Positions 1-10,006 of a stretch of DNA of 64,000 nucleotides are shown piece after piece (within the stretch, counting starts at the first letter, position 1; every line of letters begins with the position of its first letter). The notes beneath the pieces are model-generated. The model saw only the letters and a list, made by a program, of their open reading frames with translations. It ran no database searches and was not told the DNA's origin. Source of the stretch: Candidatus Nanopelagicales bacterium (lineage in GTDB: Bacteria > Actinomycetota > Actinomycetes > S36-B12 > JBBQYX01); the NCBI GenBank assembly GCA_038208295.1, contig JBBQYX010000010.1, positions 1,818 through 65,817 on the forward strand. The letters are read 5' to 3'. A program made the position numbers and the translations under genes.

Positions 1-53
1 GCGCAGCGCTGCTCCCCCGACGAGCAGCAGCACGATCGCCTGGATCTCCCGGT

Positions 54-1049
54 TCACAGCAGCCACCATCCCACGACCACGCTGGCCAGGATCGCGACGA
101 CGAAGGTGGTCGGGGCGAACCGGCTGGCGAAACCCCGGCCGAACGTACCTGATTGCAGCGCGATCAGTTTCAGGTCGACCATCGGACCGACGACGAGGAA
201 CGCCAGTCGTGCGGTGTACGAGAACTGAGTCAGGCTGGCAGCCACGAAGGCATCGGCCTCGGAACAGATGGACAGCACCACGGCCAGCAGGGCGAGGCCG
301 AGGATCGCGACGAGAGGTTGATCCGCCAACATTCGCAACAAGTCCGGCGGCACCACGACGTTGAGCGCAGCGGCAGTCAGACCACCGATGACCAGGAAGC
401 CGCCCGCATGCAAGAAGTCGTGGGTCGTGGTCAGCCTGAACGTCTCGAAACTCGTCCGCCCGACCAGGTGGTCCCGGACGGGAATCCGGAGCCACTGCGA
501 CCGGCCGAACCGCAGCCACAGCCATCCCATGATCACGGAGGTTCCCAGAGAGGCGATCAACCGGGCCAGCACCATGCTTGGTTTCCCCGGAAACGCGATG
601 AACGTGGACATCAGGACCACGGGGTTGATCGCCGGCGCCGACAGCAGGAACGCCAGCGCCGCCGCGGGGGCCACGCCACCCGCCATCAATCCGCCCGCGA
701 CCGGCACCGATGCACATTCACAGCCAGGCAACACCGCCCCTGCGCACCCGGCAACCGGCACCGCAAGCGCGGAGTTCCGGGGCAGCACCCGTTGCCAGAA
801 CGACACCGGGATGTAGGCGGCAATCGCCCCTGACAGCACGGTGCCCAACACCAAGAACGGCAACGCCTGCACGATGATGGCGACGAAGATCGTCGCGGCC
901 GTCTGCAGGGCCGGCGCGCTGAACCACCCCACAATCCACCGCTGACCGAGAACCAGCACGATCAGCAGCGCCGAGAGCCCCTCCAGCACGCCAGGGCGAT
1001 AGGACTCCCGGTTCCTGCTGTGGGTATCACGGGAGTCGAGCTGAGTCAC
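54..1049 (-). CDS. Predicted multi-pass membrane permease (COG0701/UPF0718-like)
   Basis: 331-aa ORF, hydrophobic throughout, with the Cys-containing loop '[10 protein letters not shown]'. Its GTG start overlaps the uppS stop (GTGA). The family call is from memory only. Confidence 0.6.
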   Translation of the reverse strand: MTQLDSRDTHSRNRESYRPGVLEGLSALLIVLVLGQRWIVGWFSAPALQTAATIFVAIIVQALPFLVLGTVLSGAIAAYIPVSFWQRVLPRNSALAVPVAGCAGAVLPGCECASVPVAGGLMAGGVAPAAALAFLLSAPAINPVVLMSTFIAFPGKPSMVLARLIASLGTSVIMGWLWLRFGRSQWLRIPVRDHLVGRTSFETFRLTTTHDFLHAGGFLVIGGLTAAALNVVVPPDLLRMLADQPLVAILGLALLAVVLSICSEADAFVAASLTQFSYTARLAFLVVGPMVDLKLIALQSGTFGRGFASRFAPTTFVVAILASVVVGWWLL

Positions 1050-1948
1050 GGCTGGTCAGCGAGTTCGTCGGAGATGTCTCCGCCACGATCCATCTGTATG
1101 GCTCCGCCACGATCCATCTGTATAGCTCCGCCGCCACTCTCATTCTGTATGGCTCCGCCGCCACTCTCATTCTGTATGGCTCCGCCATAACGCCGGTCAC
1201 GGGATGCATACACCTCACATGCATGCCACAGGTGGCGGCGGTCGAAATCGGGCCACAGCGTCGGGACGAAGACCAGTTCGGCGTAGGCGGACTGCCACAG
1301 CAGGAAGTTGCTGGTGCGCTGCTCGCCGGAGGAGCGTACGAACAGGTCCACGTCGGGCATATCGGGTTCGTCCAGGAAGCGGGCGAGGAGTTGTTCGTTG
1401 ACCTTGCGCGGGTTGAGCCGACCAGCGGCGACCTCCGCAGCGACCGCAGCGGCGGCATCAGCGATCTCGGCTCGACCGCCGTAGTTCACACACATTGTCA
1501 GGGTGAGGGTGGAGTTGTCCCGGGTGAGTTCCTCCGCGGTCTGCAACTCGTCCACGACCGACTTCCACAGTCGGCCGCGACGACCCGCCCAGCGGACCCG
1601 TACGCCCAACTCATTCATCTCGTCGCGACGGCGGCGGATCACGTCCCGGTTGAACCCCATCAGGAAGCGGACCTCCTCCGGGGAACGCCGCCAGTTCTCG
1701 GTGGAGAAGGCGTACGCCGACAACCACCCCACGCCGAGTTCGATGGCGCCGTGCACGCAGTCCAGCAGGCTCCCCTCACCCGCCTCGTGACCAGCGGTAC
1801 GCGGCAGCCCTCGCTGCTGGGCCCACCGGCCGTTGCCGTCCATCACCACCGCAACATGGCGGGGCACCAGCTCCCGCGGGATCGGCGGTACGACCGCCCC
1901 GGATGGGTGCGGCGTGGGCTGCCGGGCGGGCCTAGGCACGGTCCGCAT
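1046..1948 (-). CDS. uppS: Isoprenyl transferase / undecaprenyl-diphosphate synthase with a repeat-built C-terminal tail
   Basis: '[13 protein letters not shown]...[16 protein letters not shown]' cis-prenyltransferase motifs. The homology ends near '...SRDRRYGG'. About 45 further residues come from tandem repeats. Confidence 0.9.
   Translation of the reverse strand: MRTVPRPARQPTPHPSGAVVPPIPRELVPRHVAVVMDGNGRWAQQRGLPRTAGHEAGEGSLLDCVHGAIELGVGWLSAYAFSTENWRRSPEEVRFLMGFNRDVIRRRRDEMNELGVRVRWAGRRGRLWKSVVDELQTAEELTRDNSTLTLTMCVNYGGRAEIADAAAAVAAEVAAGRLNPRKVNEQLLARFLDEPDMPDVDLFVRSSGEQRTSNFLLWQSAYAELVFVPTLWPDFDRRHLWHACEVYASRDRRYGGAIQNESGGGAIQNESGGGAIQMDRGGAIQMDRGGDISDELADQP
1081..1182. repeat. Tandem repeat inside the uppS 3' end: 24 bp x2 followed by 27 bp x2
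   Basis: cgccacgatccatctgtat(g/a)gctc x2, then cgccgccactctcattctgtatggctc x2 (perfect). Encodes GGAIQMDR x2 and GGGAIQNES x2. Confidence 0.95.
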
Positions 1949-2167
1949 CCTCCCATCGCGCCTCCCAACGCCGGCGCGCGCCGTCCCCAGTCAGCCGTGC
2001 GACCGGTGTCAGGCCCGCTTAGGTCAGCCGGTTGGCCGTGTCGTCCACGAGCGACGCGCAGCCAAGCGCCGCATTAGGCGCGAGCCCCTTGGCCCTTCCG
2101 TTCGTCGACCGCAGCACCGCTGCGCGGCGGCTTCGCCTTGCGCGACGCGGCGCCGCGCTCTCCTCCG

Positions 2168-2899
2168 TCAGGCGCGTTCCACCAGCGGCAGGGACCTCAG
2201 CCCGTGCTCCAGATGCCACTGCAGGAAGGCGGCGACCAGCCCGTTGCCCTCACGCCGATGCCGCAGCTGGCTGGCATCGGCCACCGCCCAGTCCCCGCTG
2301 AGCAACGCCGCCAGCAGCTCGACGGTCGCCGCGGCCGGGGCGGCAGACCCCGGCGGGCGGCAGTCCGGGCACACCATGCCACCGGCAGCCACGTGGAATG
2401 CGCTGTGCGGGCCGGGCAGTCCGCAGCGGGCACAGGCATCGAAGGACGGCGACCAGCCGGCGACGGCCAGCGACCGCAACAGGTAGGCATCCAGGATCAG
2501 CCCGGCTTCGTGCTCCCCGCGGGACAGCGCCCGCAGCCCGGCGACCAGCAGCAGGTATTGCTGCGGGGCCGGTTCACGCTCGACCGGCGTCAACCGTTCG
2601 GCGGTCTCCAGCATCGCCGTGCCCGCCGTCCAACGCGGATAGTCCCCAGCCAACCGGGCACCGTGGAACTCCAGGGACTCCACCTGGGTCACGGTGTCCA
2701 GCGAGCGCCCCTCGTACAACTGGATGTCGACATGACCGAACGGCTCCACCCGGGCACCGAAGCGGCTGCCGGTCCGGCGGACCCCTTTGGCCACCGCGCG
2801 CACCCGCCCGGTACGGCGGCACAGCAGGGTGACGATCCGGTCCGCCTCCCCCAACCGCTGGGCCCGCAGCACAACCGCTTCGTCACGGTAGGTCGGCAC
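2168..2899 (-). CDS. recO: DNA repair protein RecO
   Basis: '[23 protein letters not shown]...' OB-fold N-terminus and a Cys4 motif (CARCG...CPDC). GTG at 2897-2899 checked. The longer ORF to 3529 is antisense to the neighbouring transporter gene. Confidence 0.9.
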   Translation of the reverse strand: MPTYRDEAVVLRAQRLGEADRIVTLLCRRTGRVRAVAKGVRRTGSRFGARVEPFGHVDIQLYEGRSLDTVTQVESLEFHGARLAGDYPRWTAGTAMLETAERLTPVEREPAPQQYLLLVAGLRALSRGEHEAGLILDAYLLRSLAVAGWSPSFDACARCGLPGPHSAFHVAAGGMVCPDCRPPGSAAPAAATVELLAALLSGDWAVADASQLRHRREGNGLVAAFLQWHLEHGLRSLPLVERA

Positions 2900-2938
2900 C
2901 CCTGCATTGTCTCGTACCCAATCGGGTAGACCCCGCGG

Positions 2939-4270
2939 ATGCAGACCTCGGCGCGGCGGACCAAGTGGCGCGAACGCCCGAGCCGGCGCAGGCGCAGCGG
3001 CACGGACACCGAGCCCGCCCGGGATAGCGTCACGGCCGGAGAGGAGCCCACCGTGACCGAGCCGGACCCCCTGCTGGACACCCCGACGGCCCAGACCGCC
3101 GCTGCGCCGAGGTCCGCCACACCGAAGACCGCTGCCGCGGTGCAGTACGTCGCGTTCGAACCCACCCGGATGCGGCGGGTCGTCATCATCGTGCTGCTGC
3201 TGTTCGTCGGCCTGGAGTTGGCGCAATGGGCCTTTTACACCGTGGGGTCGTTCCTCTTCCTCATCCTGCTCGCGTGGCTGCTCGCGATCGCCATGGAGCC
3301 GGCGATCATGTTCTTCGCCCGGCGCGGCATGCGGCGCGGCCTGGCGACCGGCTTGGTCATGCTGGTCCTGGTTGTTGCCGTCCTTGGTGTCATGGCCGTC
3401 TTCGGTCAGCTCTTCCTCACTCAGTTGTCCGGCCTCGTGACGTCGCTGCCGATGTCGGTGGGCACGGTCGTGGACTGGCTGAATCGCACATTCCACCTGG
3501 CCATCGACCCGAACACGATCGTGCAGCAACTGAATCTGACCTCGTCCAGCATCACCGGGATGGCATCCACGCTCGCGGGGGGCTTCTTGGGCGTCCTGGG
3601 GTCGCTGCTTACCGCGGTCTTTGACGTACTCACGATCTTGGTCTTCGCGTTCTATCTGGCTGCCGACGGACCGCGGCTGCGCCGCACGATCGGGTCCTGG
3701 CTACCACCGGACCCGCAGCGGGTCTTCGTCACCGTCTGGGACATCGCACTGGACAAGACCGGCGGTTTCGTCATCTCCAAGGTCGTGCTCGCCGGGTTGT
3801 CCGCGCTGGCGCATACCGGCTTCTTCTGGCTGGTCAACGTGCCGTACTGGCTGCCGATGGGCCTGTTCGCCGGCATTACCAGCCAGTTCATCCCGACCAT
3901 CGGTACGTACATCGGCATCCTCGTACCGGTGCTGTTCACGGTGTTCACCCAACCGATCACCGCGATCTGGATCGTGGCCTTCGCCACCGTCTACCAGCAG
4001 ATCGAGAACTACCTGTTCATGCCGCGGGTGTCCCGCATGACCATGGATGTCCATCCCGCCATCGCGCTGGCGTCGGTGTTCATCGGCGCCGCCTTCTTCG
4101 GTCCGATCGGGGCGATCATCGGCATCCCGCTGGCGGCGGCTGTCCTGGCGGTAGTGAATACCTACGGTCAGCGCTACGAACTGGTCCCGGAACTCTCCAC
4201 GATCGAGAAGGGCGAGAAGCCCGGAACCGAACTGCCTCCGGTCGACAAGACTGCTGACGACAATGAGTGA
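2939..4270 (+). CDS. AI-2E family transporter (UPF0118/PerM-like) with a disordered N-terminus
   Basis: Multi-TM ORF with '[19 protein letters not shown]' and a typical C-terminal TM bundle. The start is uncertain and may lie downstream of 2939. Confidence 0.75.
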   Translation: MQTSARRTKWRERPSRRRRSGTDTEPARDSVTAGEEPTVTEPDPLLDTPTAQTAAAPRSATPKTAAAVQYVAFEPTRMRRVVIIVLLLFVGLELAQWAFYTVGSFLFLILLAWLLAIAMEPAIMFFARRGMRRGLATGLVMLVLVVAVLGVMAVFGQLFLTQLSGLVTSLPMSVGTVVDWLNRTFHLAIDPNTIVQQLNLTSSSITGMASTLAGGFLGVLGSLLTAVFDVLTILVFAFYLAADGPRLRRTIGSWLPPDPQRVFVTVWDIALDKTGGFVISKVVLAGLSALAHTGFFWLVNVPYWLPMGLFAGITSQFIPTIGTYIGILVPVLFTVFTQPITAIWIVAFATVYQQIENYLFMPRVSRMTMDVHPAIALASVFIGAAFFGPIGAIIGIPLAAAVLAVVNTYGQRYELVPELSTIEKGEKPGTELPPVDKTADDNE

Positions 4271-5213
4271 GACGAACGTGTCCGCAGTCACCGACCCGTC
4301 CGAACGCAGCACCGACGACCTGCTCGATCGGTGCGACGCCTATCTGGATGCGGCACCCCGCCGCAACGCCGAGGTGATCCCGGTCGGGCCGCTGACCTTG
4401 TTCGTGGCCCGGTCGGGCTGGCCGTACTACGCCCGACCAACCCGGTCCCGCGGTCCGCTGCGCCGCGAAGTCACCGTTGCGGACGTTTCGGTTGTCATCG
4501 CCGAGCAGGACGCCCGCGAGGTGGAGGTGGCGATCGAGTGGGTGACCGATCTGGCGCCCGAGGTCGGCCCGGCGGCTATCGCGGCGGGCCTGCATGTTGC
4601 GCAACGGCCGCTGCTCATCCTGGACCGACCAGTCACGGTGCCGGCTCCCCGTGACATCGTCATCCGCCGGATCGGGCCGGCCGACGCGGCCCTGACCGCC
4701 GCCCGAATCGTGCCGGAACTGGGCTTCGCCGAGACGACCATGGCGGTCGGTCGCGCCGGCGTCGTCCAGCGGGACGCCCGCGTGAGCAATGCCCGCCCCG
4801 ACGAGGACACGCACCTGCGGTCGCGCATCACGGCCGGCCACACGGTGGTGCTGGCTGCCGAGGACGACTCCGGGGTGGTGGCCGCCGGGTCGCACCAGCC
4901 GGTGTACGACGTCTTTGCCGGCGGTGAGGACTTTGCCGGCGGTGAGGACTCTGCCGGCGGCGAGGACTCTGCCAGCGGCGAGGTTTTCACCGCCACCGAG
5001 ATCGTCGGTGTTGCCACCCTGCCCACTGCGCGTCGGCGGGGCATCGGCGCGGCACTGACCGCCGCGCTGGTCGCGGATGCGATCGAGCGCTGCGGGGTGG
5101 ACCTGGTCCTGTTGTCGGCCACCGACGATGCCGTCGCCGCGCTGTACGGATCGGTCGGGTTCAAACGGATCGGTCACGTCAGCGAGGCCAGCCGTCCTCC
5201 CGCGCAGCCCTGA
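4263..5213 (+). CDS. GNAT family N-acetyltransferase
   Basis: Acetyl-CoA motif A 'TLPTARRRGIGAALTAAL' and 'LYGSVGFKRIG'. The ATG overlaps the upstream stop by 8 nt. Confidence 0.7.
   Translation: MSETNVSAVTDPSERSTDDLLDRCDAYLDAAPRRNAEVIPVGPLTLFVARSGWPYYARPTRSRGPLRREVTVADVSVVIAEQDAREVEVAIEWVTDLAPEVGPAAIAAGLHVAQRPLLILDRPVTVPAPRDIVIRRIGPADAALTAARIVPELGFAETTMAVGRAGVVQRDARVSNARPDEDTHLRSRITAGHTVVLAAEDDSGVVAAGSHQPVYDVFAGGEDFAGGEDSAGGEDSASGEVFTATEIVGVATLPTARRRGIGAALTAALVADAIERCGVDLVLLSATDDAVAALYGSVGFKRIGHVSEASRPPAQP
4913..4984. repeat. 18-bp tandem repeat x4, in frame within the GNAT gene
   Basis: tttgccggcggtgaggac x2, tctgccggcggcgaggac, tctgccagcggcgaggtt. Encodes FAGGED-FAGGED-SAGGED-SASGEV. Confidence 0.95.
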
Positions 5214-5288
5214 CCCCGAACGGCGCGTCTCGGTACGGCCAGGGCTCCCACTGCGCGGTGCCGCCCCGACGTGCCGGCGGCGGCTCGC

Positions 5289-6257
5289 TCAGAAACCCAG
5301 TCGCCGCAACTGCCGTGGATCGCGCTGCCAATCCTTGGCCACCTTGACCCGCAGGTCCAGATAGACCGGGGTCCCGAGCAGTTTCTCGATCTGCTGGCGG
5401 GCGCGGCTACCCACGGATTTCAGCCGCGACCCGTGGCTGCCGATCACGATGGCCTTCTGTGAATCCCGTTCGACGAACAGCACCGCATACACGTCGACCA
5501 ACGGCCGGCCCTCGGGCCGGTCCTCACGCGCGGCCATGTCCTCGACCACGACCGCGATCGAGTGCGGGAGCTCGTCGCGGACGCCCTCCAACGCCGCCTC
5601 CCGGATCAACTCGGCGACCATGATCTGCTCGGGCTCGTCGGTCAGCTCACCCTCGGGATACAGCGGCGGACCCGCAGGCAGCAGGCCGACCAGCAGGTCG
5701 GCCAGCAATCCGACCTGGTCACCGGTGACGGCCGAGACGGGAACGACATGTGCCCAGGCCATGCCCACCGTCGACTCCAGTGCGCCGACCTCGGACAGCC
5801 GCTGCGCGAGGACATCGCGGGTCACCCGGTCGGCCTTGGTGACGACCGCCACCAGCGGCCGGCGCCGCCCGCTGGTGGCCAGCGAACTCAGCAGGAACCG
5901 GTCGCCGGGGCCCACGGGTTCATCGGCGGGGATGCAGACCACGACCACGTCCACCTCGGCCCAGGTGGCCCGGACGAGGTCGTTCAGCCGTTCCCCCAGC
6001 AGGGTCCGCGGCTTGTGCAGGCCGGGGGTGTCGACCAGCACCAGTTGCGCGTCGGGTCGGTGCACGATCCCGCGCACGGTGTGCCGGGTGGTCTGCGGCC
6101 GACTGGAGGTGATCGCAACCTTGTCCCCGACCAGTGCGTTGGTCAGGGTTGACTTGCCGACGTTGGGCCGACCGACCAGGCTGGCGAAACCGCTGCGGTG
6201 CGGGATGGGCTGCGGCCAGCTCGACGGGTCAGGTCCCGACGTGGTCTCACTGTGCAT
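5289..6257 (-). CDS. era: GTPase Era
   Basis: G1 'GRPNVGKST', G3 'DTPG', a 'TKAD' motif and a C-terminal KH domain. I preferred ATG 6257, which follows an AGGA SD, over ATG 6293. Confidence 0.9.
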   Translation of the reverse strand: MHSETTSGPDPSSWPQPIPHRSGFASLVGRPNVGKSTLTNALVGDKVAITSSRPQTTRHTVRGIVHRPDAQLVLVDTPGLHKPRTLLGERLNDLVRATWAEVDVVVVCIPADEPVGPGDRFLLSSLATSGRRRPLVAVVTKADRVTRDVLAQRLSEVGALESTVGMAWAHVVPVSAVTGDQVGLLADLLVGLLPAGPPLYPEGELTDEPEQIMVAELIREAALEGVRDELPHSIAVVVEDMAAREDRPEGRPLVDVYAVLFVERDSQKAIVIGSHGSRLKSVGSRARQQIEKLLGTPVYLDLRVKVAKDWQRDPRQLRRLGF

Positions 6258-6302
6258 CGGGCCATCCTCGCGTACGCCGCGGGCTCCACGCATCGTCAGC
6301 GG

Positions 6303-7613
6303 TCAGGACCCGGCGCCGTCCGCGGCCGACGCGTCGGGCCGCTCCAGCGGTGTCACCAGCACCGAGACGACCCGGTTGCGCCGGCCCGCCAGCGACTCCG
6401 CGACCAGTTCGTAGCCGTCCACCACCGTACGGGCGCCAGGGATGGGTACGCGGCCCAGCCGCTTGGCCATCAGGCCGGCGACGGTCTCCACGCCCTCCTC
6501 ATCGGAGTCGATCTCAGTGCCGATCAGGTCGGCGAAGTCTTCGACATTTAGCCGGGCACTGACCCGGAAGGATCCCCCGGGCAGCGATTCGACCTCCGGC
6601 GCCTGGGTGTCGTACTCATCCACGATCTCCCCGACGATTTCCTCCAGGATGTCCTCGATGGTGAGAATGCCGGCGGTGCCACCGTATTCATCGACCAGGA
6701 CGGCGATGTGGATCCGCTCGGCCTGCATGTCCCGCAGCAGATCGTCGACCCGTTTGGTATCCGGTACGAAGTGCGGGGGGCGCATCAGCGACTCCACCCG
6801 CTCGGTCTGCTCCGCCTCCCGATGCTCGTAGGTACGCCGGGCCATGTCCTTGAGGTAGACGATGCCGACGACGTCATCCTGGCCCTCCCCCACGACCGGG
6901 ATCCGGGAGAAGCCCGAGCGCAGCGCCAGGGACAGCGCCTGCCGCAGCGTCTTGTAGCGCTCGACGAAGACCACCTCGGTGCGCGGGACCATCACCTCCC
7001 GGGCGATGGTGTCGCCGAGCTCGAACACCGAATGGATCATCTGGCGTTCGTCGTCCTCGATGACCCGGTCGGCCTCGGCCTGGTCGACCAGCTCGCGCAG
7101 TTCGGCGGCAGTGGCGAAGGGCCCCTCGCGGTAGCCACGGCCCGGCGTCAGCGCGTTGCCCAACAGGATCAGCAGCGAGGACAAGGGGCCTAGCAACACC
7201 ACCAGGGCATGGGCGACGCCGGCGGCGCGCAGGCCGATGGTGTCGGCATGCTGACGTCCCAGGGTGCGCGCCGCCACCCCGAGCACCACGTAGCTGATGA
7301 CGACCATGACGCTGATGGCCAGCAGCACCGACCAGCCCACCGGCCACGGCAGCGCACCGACGCAGACGTAGGTGACCAGCGCGACCGCCCCGATGGTCCC
7401 CCCCGTGTGCAGGAACAGCAGGACGTTGACGTGCCGGGCGCGGTCCTCGACCACCTGTGCCAGCCGAGCCGACCCGCGAACGCCCTCTCGGCGCAACTCC
7501 TCCACCCGGGAACGGGACACCCGCTGCACGGCCATCTCCGCGGCGACCAGCAGCGCACTGAGCACCACCGCGAGCGCGGCCACGGCCAAGATCCATGCAT
7601 CGACCGCGCTCAC
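6303..7613 (-). CDS. Hemolysin-family / CorC-type protein (DUF21, CBS pair, CorC_HlyC)
   Basis: N-terminal TM region, CBS-pair region and a C-terminal transporter-associated domain. Its GTG start overlaps the ybeY stop (GTGA). Confidence 0.85.
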   Translation of the reverse strand: MSAVDAWILAVAALAVVLSALLVAAEMAVQRVSRSRVEELRREGVRGSARLAQVVEDRARHVNVLLFLHTGGTIGAVALVTYVCVGALPWPVGWSVLLAISVMVVISYVVLGVAARTLGRQHADTIGLRAAGVAHALVVLLGPLSSLLILLGNALTPGRGYREGPFATAAELRELVDQAEADRVIEDDERQMIHSVFELGDTIAREVMVPRTEVVFVERYKTLRQALSLALRSGFSRIPVVGEGQDDVVGIVYLKDMARRTYEHREAEQTERVESLMRPPHFVPDTKRVDDLLRDMQAERIHIAVLVDEYGGTAGILTIEDILEEIVGEIVDEYDTQAPEVESLPGGSFRVSARLNVEDFADLIGTEIDSDEEGVETVAGLMAKRLGRVPIPGARTVVDGYELVAESLAGRRNRVVSVLVTPLERPDASAADGAGS

Positions 7614-8086
7614 AACCGACCTTGCCCCCCCGCGTCGCGGTGCTGAACCCAGGCGGTGAGCAGCCGGTCCTGCAGCCCGAACATGCGCGCGTGCTCGTCG
7701 GGTTCGGCGTGGTCGTGGCCCAGCAGATGCAGCAGACCGTGAGTGAGCAGCATCGACATCTCGCGGTCCCGGGAGTGGCCCTGCTCGGCGGCCTGCCGGG
7801 CGGCCACCTGCGGGCAGATGACGATGTCGCCGAGCAGGCCCTCGGTGGGCTCCTCATCCGCCCCGGGCTCCCGAAGCTCATCCATCGGGAAGGACAGCAC
7901 GTCGGTCGGCCCGGGCTCGTCCATCCACTGCATGTGCAGCGCCGCCATGGCCGCCTCGTCCACGAACAGCACGGACAGCTCCGCCGCGGGATGGATACGC
8001 AGCTCCTTCAACTGGAAACGGGCCTGCGCTACCACCGCCTCAGCGTCGACCGGCAGACCGGACTCGTTATTGATCTCGATGCTCAC
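7610..8086 (-). CDS. ybeY: rRNA maturation endoribonuclease YbeY
   Basis: Zinc motif 'HGLLHLLGHDH'. 158 aa, GTG start. Confidence 0.9.
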   Translation of the reverse strand: MSIEINNESGLPVDAEAVVAQARFQLKELRIHPAAELSVLFVDEAAMAALHMQWMDEPGPTDVLSFPMDELREPGADEEPTEGLLGDIVICPQVAARQAAEQGHSRDREMSMLLTHGLLHLLGHDHAEPDEHARMFGLQDRLLTAWVQHRDAGGQGRL

Positions 8087-8146
8087 GCGGACATCCTCAT
8101 CGGCATCGTCATCCTGATAGGCATCCTGATAGGTGCAGCCGACCGG

Positions 8147-9169
8147 CTAACGGCGGGGCCGACGGCTGCCGCGGACCGCGGCCACCTGGTCGCGGGCGGC
8201 AACGGATTCCTCGTACCGGCCGTACGCGTCCACGATCCGCCCGACCAGCTTGTGCCGGACCACATCGTGGGAGGTCAACCGGCAGAACGCGACGTCGTCC
8301 AGGCCCTCCAGAATCTCCTGAACCACGCGCAGCCCGCTGGTGGTCCCGGTGGGCAGATCCACCTGGGTGACGTCGCCGGTGACGACCATCGTGGAGCCGA
8401 AACCCAACCGGGTCAGGAACATCTTCATCTGCTCGGCCGAGGTGTTCTGCGCCTCGTCAAGAATGATGAAGGCGTCGTTGAGGGTGCGGCCGCGCATGTA
8501 CGCCAACGGGGCAATCTCGATGGTGCCCGAGGTGATCAACCGGGGGATCGAGTCGGGATCGATCATGTCGTGCAACGCGTCGTACAGCGGCCGCAGATAG
8601 GGGTCGATCTTCTCGCTCAGCGTGCCCGGCAGAAAGCCCAGCCGCTCCCCCGCCTCAACCGCCGGGCGGGTCAGGATGATCCGATTGACCTTCTTGCCCT
8701 GCAACGCCTGGACCGCCTTGGCAACGGCCAGATAGGTCTTGCCGGTCCCGGCCGGCCCAATCCCGAACACGATCGTGTGCTGATCGATCGAGTCGACATA
8801 GCGCTTCTGGTTCAACGTCTTCGGTCGGATGGTGCGGCCGCGGGAGGACAGGATGTTGGCGGTGAGCACCTCAGCCGGACTGGCTTCGGCCTGGCTACGC
8901 AGCATGCCGATCGCGCGTTCGACCGACTCCGCGGACAGCCCCTGGCCGGTGCGCAGCACGGCCAGCAACTCCGCGTACAGCGACTGCACCAGCCGGACAT
9001 CGGCGGCCGACCCGGTAACGGTGATCTCGTTCCCGCGGGCGTGCAGGTCGGCCTGCGGGAAGGCGGCCTCCACCACCCGCAGCAGGTCGTCGCCGGGGCC
9101 GAGCACGCCCACCATCGACTGGGACGCGGGCACAATGATCTTGGCTTGGGTAGGTTCGATCGTCGTCAT
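8147..9169 (-). CDS. phoH: PhoH-like ATPase
   Basis: Walker A 'GPAGTGKTYLAV' and the conserved phoH-ybeY-corC-era order. Confidence 0.9.
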   Translation of the reverse strand: MTTIEPTQAKIIVPASQSMVGVLGPGDDLLRVVEAAFPQADLHARGNEITVTGSAADVRLVQSLYAELLAVLRTGQGLSAESVERAIGMLRSQAEASPAEVLTANILSSRGRTIRPKTLNQKRYVDSIDQHTIVFGIGPAGTGKTYLAVAKAVQALQGKKVNRIILTRPAVEAGERLGFLPGTLSEKIDPYLRPLYDALHDMIDPDSIPRLITSGTIEIAPLAYMRGRTLNDAFIILDEAQNTSAEQMKMFLTRLGFGSTMVVTGDVTQVDLPTGTTSGLRVVQEILEGLDDVAFCRLTSHDVVRHKLVGRIVDAYGRYEESVAARDQVAAVRGSRRPRR

Positions 9170-9292
9170 GGGTCAGCGGCGCGCCGCTCGAGACCTGCCT
9201 TCCGCGTCCGTGGTGCCACCCGATTCTGGGCAGGCGCCCATGGTACGTGGCTGCCGCGTGCCGCGCCCCGGAGAAAACGACGGCTTTCGTCC

Positions 9293-9640
9293 CTACGGGA
9301 AGGGCGGCCAGCCCATCGCCTGACCGCCGAGCACATGGGCGTGCACATGAGCGACGGACTGACCAGCGTCCGGGCCGGTGTTGAGCACGATCCGGTAGCC
9401 AGTCGGGTCCAGCCCGGCCGCCTCGGCGACCTGGCCACAGACCCCCAGCAACGCCCCGGCCAATGCCGGGTCAGCCGCGGCAACACCGGCCGCGTTGGCG
9501 TAGTGCGTCCGCGGCACCACGAGCACGTGCACCGGAGCCTGCGGATTCACGTCCGCGAAGGCCACCGCCAGCGGTGTCTCCAGCACCATCGTGGCCGGGA
9601 TGTCACCGGCGACGATCCGGCAAAACAGGCAGTCGTCCAT
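9293..9640 (-). CDS. HIT (histidine triad) family protein
   Basis: 'CLFCRIV' N-terminus and the histidine triad 'HVHAHVLGG'. Confidence 0.85.
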   Translation of the reverse strand: MDDCLFCRIVAGDIPATMVLETPLAVAFADVNPQAPVHVLVVPRTHYANAAGVAAADPALAGALLGVCGQVAEAAGLDPTGYRIVLNTGPDAGQSVAHVHAHVLGGQAMGWPPFP

Positions 9641-9695
9641 GAGGCGACCGTAACGCGGACCGGGTCGATGAGGACTCAGGTCGAGCTCTCATAGG

Positions 9696-10006
9696 CCCTC
9701 GCTCAGGCCCAGTTCTCATAGGGCCCTCGCTTCGTCGGTTCCGCGGGCCCTGCACTGCACTCGCTATCTCATGGGGCGTTCGCTGCGTCGTTCGGCGGCG
9801 GCCTGCCCGGCGCGGCTCTTGGGCGACGGCCACCGCCGCCCTCCTTGAGCACACCCGACGGCTCGCTTGTGCGACGGACCCGCTGCACCTCCTCGCTCAG
9901 GCCCAGCTCTCATAGGGCCCTCGCTTCGTCGGTTCCGCGGGCCCTGCACTGCACTCGCTTCGCTCGCTTGTGCGACGGACCCGCTGCACCTCCTCGCTCA
10001 GGCCCA
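9696..10006. repeat. Complex direct-repeat region downstream of rsmE, made of 69-bp and 46-bp units
   Basis: The 69-bp unit occurs at 9696-9764 and 9890-9958 with 1 mismatch. The 46-bp unit occurs at 9860-9905 and 9961-10006 and is identical. The last copy contains the rsmE stop codon. Each 69-bp unit carries the hairpin AGGGCCC-N18-GGGCCCT (9719-9750, 9913-9944). Confidence 0.9.

Noticed and set aside
2900-3529. N-terminal 210-aa extension of the recO ORF
   Set aside because: RecO homology begins at GTG 2899. The extension overlaps the AI-2E transporter gene on the opposite strand and is His/Asp/Arg/Gln-rich nonsense.
7595-9694. 699-aa plus-strand ORF spanning ybeY, phoH and the HIT gene
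   Set aside because: It lies antisense to three genes with clear family motifs. Its Arg/Gly/Pro-rich composition is typical of shadow ORFs in very GC-rich DNA.
9603-9949. Minus-strand ORFs with repeated 'GPRNRRSEGPMR.GPERG' peptides
   Set aside because: They are generated by translating the duplicated non-coding units downstream of rsmE. They have no SD and no coding-like third-position bias.
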